A stretch of 64,000 bases of DNA, taken from Raillietiella orientalis. Its lineage: Eukaryota. Every line of letters begins with the position of its first letter. The stretch's first letter is position 1. Position numbers and translations under genes: made by a program. Below, piece by piece: positions 55,480 through 64,000 of the stretch. The stretch is from assembly GCA_036172245.1 (NCBI GenBank), contig JAYWIR010000001.1:7130001-7194000 (forward strand), given 5' to 3'. The notes under the pieces were generated by a model. It was not told where the DNA came from, made no database searches, and worked only from the letters and a program-made list of their open reading frames with translations.

Positions 55480-56903
55480 ATTTCCTTGTGGATAGACTCA
55501 GAGATAACAAGCAGGAATGAACCTTTGGATGCGGAGTCTGCACTTTTCTTGGTGCCAGGGGCATCTCGCCAGAAGTGGCGCTTGTTTCTCGCGGGACGAC
55601 GCCAGAGGCAGCAAATTCGCTCGCCAGCGAGTGGAGCGCCTGGGGAAAAACCAGGCGCGGTTGGAATGGCGACTTTCGGGTCCCTGGCCTATGTTCTCCA
55701 CCTCGAAGTCTTCTTCGAGTAGCGGCGACGAGAGACCCAGCTCGCCAGCAGTGAAAGAGGTAAGCCCGAATGAGAAGGCGGACTGGTGGGCGCAAATCGA
55801 AATGGGAGTGGCAGCGTCCTCTGAAGGGCGGCGGCGGGTAAAACTGGCGTCGCCATTAAAAGTCGGCTGGAAGAACTGGCGCCACTTCCAAATGAGCGGC
55901 GGCCGCAGAGAGTGGCAATCTCTCTGGATGCTTGGAGGCTTCAGGAGATGGGTGCGCCTCGAGAAACGTGGCAGCCGCAAGCATTAACAGCGACTACAGA
56001 TGCGTGGAGGCCGCAGGTTGTGGCCACCTCTCCGGATGATTGGCGGACACAGGAGTAGGTGGCGTCTCCGGAAGCATGCAGCCACAAGAATGAACACCGC
56101 CCCTAGATTCTTGGTGGGCGCAGGCGATGTGTTCGCCTCCAGAAGCGTGGCGGCCGCAGGAAGTAAGGCCTCCCTCAGATCCCTGGTATCCGCAGACAAT
56201 GGCAACTCCTCTGGAGGCTTGTCGGCCACAGAAGATGATGGCAAATCTGGAAGCGTGACGCCCGCAGGAGCTGGGACCGCTTTTGGTTGCGTGGAGTCAG
56301 CACGAAGTGGTGGCAGACCTGCATCCGTGGACCGCGCTCCCCATTACAGAGGAAGCCGGTCTGCCGTTCCTGGATCCCTGTTGCCGTCACTGTGGCCACC
56401 CAAGTCTCGACCCAATGTGGGTATGGACACAGAAGACGGAAGGTGTCCATGCGCCGGATTAGGGCCTGATGCGAGGCCATGGTCGTCCGGACAATGTTAC
56501 GCTGGAGGCAGGCACACTGCTTCAACGAGCTTTGCCACCCTCGCAAAGGAAGATCTACGGCAGCGGTGGCGGAGACTGCAGCACTTCGGCTGCAGGACGG
56601 CGGACCACAGCTTCGACTCATCAGCCAGCTTCGACGACTGCAGCAGCGCGGGTGGCGGCTCTTTTCTTCGATAGTATGCCCTGCCATTCCGCATGGCAGC
56701 CGCCAAGAGGAGGATGGGCAGGTTCCTGCGGCGGCTGCTTCTGTGCCGAGCTCTTCAGCTTCGCCGACGGGGAGCAGAGAAAGAACAAAGAAAGGCTCTT
56801 CGGATTTCCAGTTGAAGCGTGGACTGGGAAGTGGGGCGCACGTGTCCACGAGAGGTTTCGCGCGTTCCGACAAACTCGGATGCGCGAATCTCGCGTGGAG
56901 ACA
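55480..56903 (-). mobile_element. GC-rich 5' portion of a probable RLE-class (R2/NeSL/Utopia-like) non-LTR element
   Basis: Minus-strand Cys/His-rich pieces (LLCPYPHW, FLCNG...CHH) are followed by a Pro/Ala/Ser-rich linker and RIQRF, with a long hairpin at the 5' end. Family assignment is tentative. Confidence 0.4.
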
Positions 56904-57044
56904 GTAAAGGCTGCTGATTGGAGAAAAGTTGCACGCATTACCGTTTGCAGTTTTGCGGAGTGCACTGCAAAGGTGATATCAGGACTTTGTTATCTCGAAT
57001 CAGCCCTATGTTTCGAGAGGAGTGTCCTGCGTACGCTTTGCGAC

Positions 57045-57558
57045 GCTGATCCGAGTGTTTTCTCTGAAAATACACATTGCGAAAGCCGTCTTGCAAGAGC
57101 ACACTTCCGAAAGCTTCCCCTGTGCCGCGGTCGAATCGGATTAACCATGGCTTTGCATGAACCGCGGATGGGCTGATTCGCTTTTTACGAAGCACTTCGA
57201 TCCAGGTGGCACATGCCACGCTGCCCCGCTTCCCTCAGGAAAGCGGGTGTCCTTCAGGGTTTGTCCTACACCAGCGCTTCCGCGATGCGAGTGCACGTCG
57301 CAAAGATGCGTTCCACCGCCCACCGAATTCCACTTCCACCCGCGTCAGCCAGCCGCACACAAAGTTGCATTCCGACTCTTCACGCGAAGATGCGCTGACC
57401 TCACTCCCATTTCAGTCTGACTTCAACTGATGGAAGAGGCCTTGTGCCATCTGTAAGAGTGCTTCTTTTCTTTCGTTTGCTTCCCGTTTTCGTGATTTCG
57501 AAACTTCCATCCCCTCACTTTTCACGCAAAGAACTTCCTTCGTTGCGATTGCGAATGC
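57045..57558 (-). repeat. About 510-bp dispersed repeat, arm B of an inverted pair with 52859-53366
   Basis: Reverse-complement match to arm A, as listed for that feature. Confidence 0.85.
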
Positions 57559-58250
57559 CAGCACGCACAGTGGTTCGTTCCTCTATCTGTTCCGGAATGT
57601 TCCAGAGGCCGCTTTCAAAGGCGAACTCGCTCTCACTGCATGTTGGAATTCTGGACTCTTTTTTTTTTTTTTCTCTCCTGCTCATTTTGAGCAAACATTC
57701 CGATATCTCTCACCGTGATGTGCTGCAAATTGCAGATTCAGTTTTCATCATCTTCTAGTACAGTCTTTTGGTTTCTTCTTTACGGATTTCCTATTTTCGC
57801 ATCCATTTTGAAGTATTCCAGGAACATCCAATACCGCGGTACGCAGACTCGTTGCGAGGGCTCCGTTTGGACGCCATCCACCTGCTACGAAGAGAACCCC
57901 TGGCTTCAACCTTTCATCCTGGGAAGTTTGCTGTTTTCTGGAGGCAGGGCGAATCAGACAGGGGCCGATCGGGGAATGAATGGTTGCCGAGCAGCGCAGA
58001 AAGGGCTCGAAGGTTTGGTAATTCCACTTGAGTTCAGGCGCTGGTGGAATTTCGTGCAGACATTTCGTGAATTTTCGGAACACAGTGCATAGAGAGCTGT
58101 TTCCACCTTCGTATCAATAGTGATAGCGGGCATTTTTTTTTCTTGAGTAGCCTCACAAACGTTGTTTCTTGACGTGACACCAGCTGGTCCATCCGTTCCC
58201 GTGCTTCTCAGGCTATTCGAGAGGAATTCATCGACCCACTCGAGAGTAGT

Positions 58251-58930
58251 TAACCTAACCTAACTTAGCCTAACTCAACCTGACATTCTCTTCGGATGGA
58301 CACCCCCTGAGAGGGGGGTGGTCCTCTCCATTTCAACTTCTCCGAAGGGAACCCGGAAAGGATCCGCTTGTAGGAATTTCTTCTCCGGAGGGAACCCGCA
58401 AGGGAACCGCTCCTGTTCACTGCTCTGAAGAGAACCCCAAAGGGACGCTTCCGAAACTCAGAAGGGGCGCTGCAGCTTCCCGCAGGGAATCGCTCTCGCT
58501 TGCTTCCTTGTGCACTCTGTGAAGAGTGAGACGACTCGGAGGGTCTTCCCGCAACAGGGGGGTCCGCTCCTTTGAACAACTGGAGAGGTGCCCGTGAGGG
58601 CTCCTGCTCCATCTTGAAACCGGACGGGTCCCCCGGTGGGGGGGGGTCCATTCTCCGTTGTACGACCGGAGAGGGAACTCCCCACTCCTTGATTCCTGGG
58701 AGGACCCGAAGGTCGACTCCCATTGTTCCGGCCTTCACCGGGGGCCTCCGGCTTAATCCACCGCCGGTGCCACGCCCGAATGTCTCGGCCAACCAGCGCC
58801 GTTGCAGGAGAAACTCGGAACCCAAACGACGCAGTGGCGTCAGAGTTTCTGCCCAAGTATTCGAACCCGCGACGCATGGTGCCACACGCGGAAGCCGTAA
58901 CCACAAGGCCTCAACGCGGGCAAGGGAGTG
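58251..58930. mobile_element. GC-rich repeat bounded by degenerate telomere-like (TAACC)n
   Basis: TAACCTAACCTAACTTAGCCTAACTCAACCTGAC at 58251-58284. Internal blocks recur at 11855-11892 and about 40530-40620. Confidence 0.5.
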
Positions 58931-59263
58931 GAAAAGAAGTATCATCCGGTTCACTGATGCATGTGGGCATAATTCTATGGGAAAAAAATCGAATTGGTAC
59001 ACCGTGATCCACGCACCAAAATCCTGCTGATGAGCTGATTTGTCGAATTCGAAAAGTGTTCCAAACTTTTCGGACCACACAACACGGCGTAGGCTGCTAT
59101 TCTTCTGGAATGCGATGCTCCTACAGGAGTACTGAATATTTTCGCTTGACAGGTGCATTCTAAAGACTGTGTAGAGAGCAAATCCGATCTATACATTACA
59201 TGCTAGTAAGCAGGGAATGTCTGGCTCTATTGAGGGAAACTGAAACAGCTACTAACAGCCTCG

Positions 59264-59830
59264 ATGAACCATGCTCTTGTTCTTGATGACAAGAGCATGC
59301 AACAAGTCAATGTTCTTTGCATCGACTTTGAAGAAATTTCATTCCAGCAAAATTGGAAACTCGTATTTGACGGTGGTGTCCCAAATAACCATGAGTGGGA
59401 TGTTTCCTTTGACATGTTTCCTGTGAAAGGAAACAGTTCTTACCAAACTGTCAAATAGCAAAGAAAATACATTTTATTCACAGCGTTACAGTTATCTTGG
59501 CAACTTATAGTGAATGCCACTTCTATGCAGTTTTACACTCCACTTTGGACTCACACAGATTTGTTCCATTTGCACCTCTGGGGAACCCGTTGTGCTTTCA
59601 AAAATCAGCATATTTCATTTTTGTTTATACGTCTGTTTCCTAAGACGTGCTGAAAAAAAGTTGGGAACCTACAAAAAATGCAAAAGCAAAACGTCATCAT
59701 ACCAACTTTGCAGCATACCTGGAATACGAAGAAAATCCAATCAACAAAAGCATTCATCATGAAACAGAATCCTTGATTCCACTCAAACTTCAATGGATAC
59801 CATTTGAAAACTTGATTACTCGGAAATGTG
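59264..59830 (+). mobile_element. Decayed CR1/L2-like reverse transcriptase remnant
   Basis: In order: LDDKSMQQVNVLCIDFEE (cf. LD....VD..Y.DF.KAFD), TSGEP.VLS....FCLYV (cf. TSGVPQGSVLGP.LF.LYI) and W....LITRKC (cf. W...LN..KC). Confidence 0.45.
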
Positions 59831-62800
59831 TTTCAACATACAAACCAAACAGAAGCGGTCCACTCATCGCTCAGTAAATATTGAAGACTGATGAAATTGT
59901 TTGTTGGCATGCTTGGAAAGACATATTTTTCTTAAACGAAAGTGCCAAGCAGCTACATTGCCTAATGCAGATGACAAGGCAGACATGACAGTTGGAAATT
60001 GTGGATTCAATTCAAAGACAGAGGAGGTTCGAAAAGCTGAAGCTGCTCTTGCATAGGCAGAAACAGAAGCTCCCAACCCAACTGCGTAACGAAATTCTTC
60101 AAGTGGAACCAACGAGGTGACTTCATGTAAGCTAGGTGACAGCAGTACTGGCAGGTCAAAGGTCAAAGTCCACGACGAAACCACTTAACGGTTGAAATCA
60201 ACCACATGCAACAAATGGAAAAACGAAACAAGGCAAAGCATCAAGCATCTCTGCAAACACACGAGTATGCAATGTATGAATGCATCCTGCAACACTACTA
60301 GTTCTTGTTGCTATTACGCCTTCGTATGAAATTACGAAACCAATAAAAAAAGGGAGAAACAGAATATACTTCCTGAAGCAGAAACAACATGCGCAATCTA
60401 AATGTAGAATTAGCAAGAGTCGGGAAGAAACGCATCCAAGTTTCGATCCCTAAAACTCCCAAGATTGCCAAGAAGCAGAAAACTTCCAAGGTGTTCCCAG
60501 AATGCTAACATGTGCGATGTAAGGATGTGCCTCATGAAAACAGAATGCAACCAGAACTGAAAGAAAGATGGAAAACAACATGTGGAACACCACATCGTTA
60601 TCCATGCTGCACCTAAACATGGATCAGGACCGCGTGTATAACCAATAATTTTCACCAAAACAAGCAAAAGAATTTGCAAGGAAAAGAGATTCCTTTGTAT
60701 TACAACAAGGAATTCGAAATTGCAAATTCTCTATAGAAACCAATGGACTTAGCGTTTCCAAAAAGAAAAGCTCCACTGATACTCACAGAATTGCACGAAG
60801 AGCACAAATGAAACGAAGAAAGCAGTCAGTACGAAGCCATTTTCAAATGATGACTGCAAATGGCCCCCAAATGTTGGACCGATAGGGAATGCTCACTTTG
60901 AGATGCCATGAAGCATTCCAAATGCTGATACTGTTCCATCAACAGACAGAGCACCCACCAAATACACTCTGCATAACGTCTGGTCATGCTTCCCGATTCC
61001 TGTTCGAACAAATTCAAAGTCACGATTTGGAAGGACAAAATTGTAGATGCGATTCTGTGGGATGGTATACCTCCACTTTCATAGCCTCGGAGGGTGATGC
61101 GAACATCGTCCCCTGGCCTTTCCTGGTGGTGGCGCCAGGCATTGCTGCCTTCCCCACTACCGAATCCATACACCACACTCGCTAATGAAATAAACACCGA
61201 CCATCAGGGAACGAGCAAACAACACATCCGTTCGCCAGGATGATGGGAAGCCTTTAGGGTTCTTCAGTTTTCGTTGCTTCCCCTTGAGCTTTTTGGGGGG
61301 TTTGGTCAGTACTGAAAAACCGTTCGCCTCCTTGGGGAGGCTCACGAGCTCTTTAACTCTGTCTACCTCACCCGAGGATACATATGACTCTTTGGGTTGT
61401 AGGAGCAACACCAGAGAGACCACCCTACGAATCCAGGAAGGACTTCTGAGGAAAGAGACCGTTCATCTCTCACATTTGGGAAGTAACAACCCTCTCCCTG
61501 GTCGTCTCTGAAGGGAACCTCCAAATGAACCTCTCGCTCGTTTTCCCCTTCAGGGTCTTTTTGAGAGGAGAGATGAGAAGGATCGAAATGAGAAGGAGAG
61601 ATCCTTCTCATTTCGTCCCGGAGGGCCGATTCTCAGTTCTGGCCTTTCAGAGGGGCTTCCGCCAGTACCGCGCCTGAAGTCTGCAGGCCGACCAGCGCCA
61701 TCCTGAGGGAGGGGGGAAACACTTATAAACTCACGACACATTCCCCATTCTCGGGGTGGATCCTTCGCCGGGCGTGATTCGAATCCGCGACGCTTGGCAC
61801 CACTCTCTCGGAGGATTCCGCAGCCTCAGGACCGCGAACGCGGGCCTTCTCTTTTTCTGGAACCACCCGAGGCAATAGTGCGGATAAATCCTTCGGAACA
61901 ACTCCAAACTTTTTTTGCACAGGGGTTTTTTTGCTTTATCTTTCCAGCCGTCCTCAAAGATTTGCAAGAGAATCCACATTTGTTTACCCCAGATTGATCT
62001 TCGCAAAGGAGCATTCCTCTCATTTGGACCAACTGGGCAAAATCTCCCACCTGGCGACAACATGACCGTGAAAGGCCCGCTGACTGAAGGCAAAGACATC
62101 AAAAGGAAATCCGACTCCTGGAAAGCCATGAACATCCTCTACTACACCGACAACAACAGGCGGAAAGTGTGCGGGAGCTTCACAGTGAGCTATATCCTCA
62201 AGCTGTGGTAGCACCACTGAAGCTCCGGCTGCTGAAGCTGCGCGTGGCAATCGAATCCTGCTCTCTCTTACCAGCGCCGAGAAGTTTTCTTGGTGCGTTT
62301 TCTGAGAAATTCCAGGGAAGAGAGGCGGAGGAACGATTCCTCCGTCTTGCCCGGAGACCTGCCCTTCGGTCCACAGGCGATCTCCTCCGGGCGATCTCGG
62401 GCGCGCGCGTTCCGAGATTCTCGGATTGGTCGCGCCGTCCCTCGCAGAGCACGGAACGAGGGCAGATGTTTCGCATCCCTGTTCTGCTTCCCAGCAGACG
62501 CGTTACTGCTTCCTGGCGTTTCCCATCCCAGCTTCGCGTCAGAGCTGTAGAGAACTTCCCAGACCAGACGCGAGCATCTGAGGGGATCGGATTCCCAGGA
62601 ACGGTATGCTCCACTGAGCTGCCTGCCCTCCAGGAGGCACTGCCGAACCCCCATTCGAGGAACAAAAGTTAGCAGCCTGAGCAGTTTGAGTAGCAGAAAA
62701 AGTAAGGAATGAATCAGAATGGAAAACCTCAAAAGTTTTTGTGAATAGTTTAATGTTTCAAGTGAGAAAAAGTTTTTTTTTTTTGGCGACACTTTAATGA

Positions 62801-64000
62801 TAGAAACTCTGAAACGCTGACAGTAATATAAAAAATTATTTGATTGAATTCTTTATGGAATTTATTCGGGGAAGACAAGTTCAATCGAAACTTCAAAGCT
62901 AGTACTGAGAGGGTTTGGGGGGGGGGGTCCCACTATTACACGCACTCAATAGATTTCCCATCTTAAAAGCCAAAGAACTGCATCTATGGTCAACTGCTGT
63001 GTTCGAGGTTTATTAGGAATTAGTATGCATATATGCAATGCTTAAATTTCTTGCTGATTTCTTCATTACTCTCATCTTCATGCAAGCAGATCGGAACACA
63101 TAAATTATCTGCTGATGCGTGATCAATTTGATTAGTTACTTGCACTGAATCATTGTAGATATCTATGTCGTTCCAGTAGGAAACACGAGTGCACTTTTGT
63201 TTTCTTTCAAATAAGCGTGTTTTCTTCGATTTTTTCAAGAGCAGAAACTCATTAAGTATCCACGAAACTGTGGTTTGCATCTCTCTCTGCTTACAAAGTT
63301 AGAAGTGATACTGCGGATGGAAATGACGACAGCACTCTCAATTGCTTGCTCACTGAGCACAAATCGATGATTGACCACACGGAGTCGATCATCGTCACGT
63401 CAGTCAAGTTTACGCGAATGGATGGTCCTTCTCTCCCCCTTACTACTGACGTGTGCTTGCAATGATTAATATGCACAAGTAGGAATAGATATAGGAAAAC
63501 ATGGTGTGCGTTTTCCAATAAATAAATAAAAAAAAAAAGAAATATTTTCCCCCAATTGCATGAGATTATTTTGAAGAACGGATTAAAAAAATAAACTCAA
63601 CCCAACTATCGCACTCGAATTTCGTGAGCCCTCTTCGTGTTTCAGTGACCTATTAGCACAATATACTTGTCGGCCTTTCTTTGCTCTTCGAGGATGTTCA
63701 GATGAAAGAACCGTTGCCGCTGCTTCACGTAAGCTGTGCATACACACTGCATCTGCCCATCTACCAAAAGAACCGTGGCAGCTTCAGCAAAACCGTGGCC
63801 GAAAGAACGGCACTGCCAGGCATGGACTGGTGCACACGAGAAGAACACGTAGAATGGGTCATCCAGCAAACGTAAGCTCACTGTGAAACGATGGCATTTG
63901 GTTTTTATTCACCTCTTGGGGAATATTCCAGACATTTTGAAGGTCACACATGTTCGCTTGCTTCCAAAGCATATGACTCAGCGGAGTCAGTCAATGCTTC

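Noticed and set aside
55478-57430. Many long overlapping ORFs on both strands
   Set aside because: Expected from high GC content in decayed repeats; not independent genes.
59027-59075. CTGATGA...GAAA hammerhead candidate
   Set aside because: Stems I and II do not pair.

Overview
This is AT-rich genomic DNA from an invertebrate animal, not a prokaryote. A short (CCTAA)n stretch hints at an arthropod, but the species cannot be determined. Most introns are very small (36-51 nt) and a few 5' introns are long. Seven genes could be assembled by hand with phase-consistent splice sites: VPS4 (+), intronless NOM1 (-), an alpha-1,3-fucosyltransferase of family GT10 (-), PAIP1 (+), a C12orf40/REDIC1-like gene (-), a divergent ANO10-like anoctamin (+) and RPS23 (-). 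Two GC-richer tracts (about 28.5-42 kb and 52.8-64 kb) hold decayed sequences: non-LTR retrotransposon fragments (Utopia/NeSL-like, Tx1/L1-like, CR1/L2-like), a tRNA-derived SINE-like piece, a 370-nt 28S rRNA pseudo-fragment and dispersed inverted repeats. Four observations stand out. (1) A disrupted minus-strand sequence at about 30.8-32.5 kb shows colinear motif similarity to orthomyxovirus (influenza-like) nucleoprotein and ends in a poly(A) run, making it a candidate endogenous viral element. (2) The anoctamin is intact but appears to lack most canonical Ca2+-binding acidic residues. (3) The last 63 nt of the NOM1 CDS are duplicated just upstream of its own start codon. (4) There is a decayed hammerhead-ribozyme core and one or two GC-AG introns. 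All homology calls were made by eye from recalled family motifs; no searches were run.
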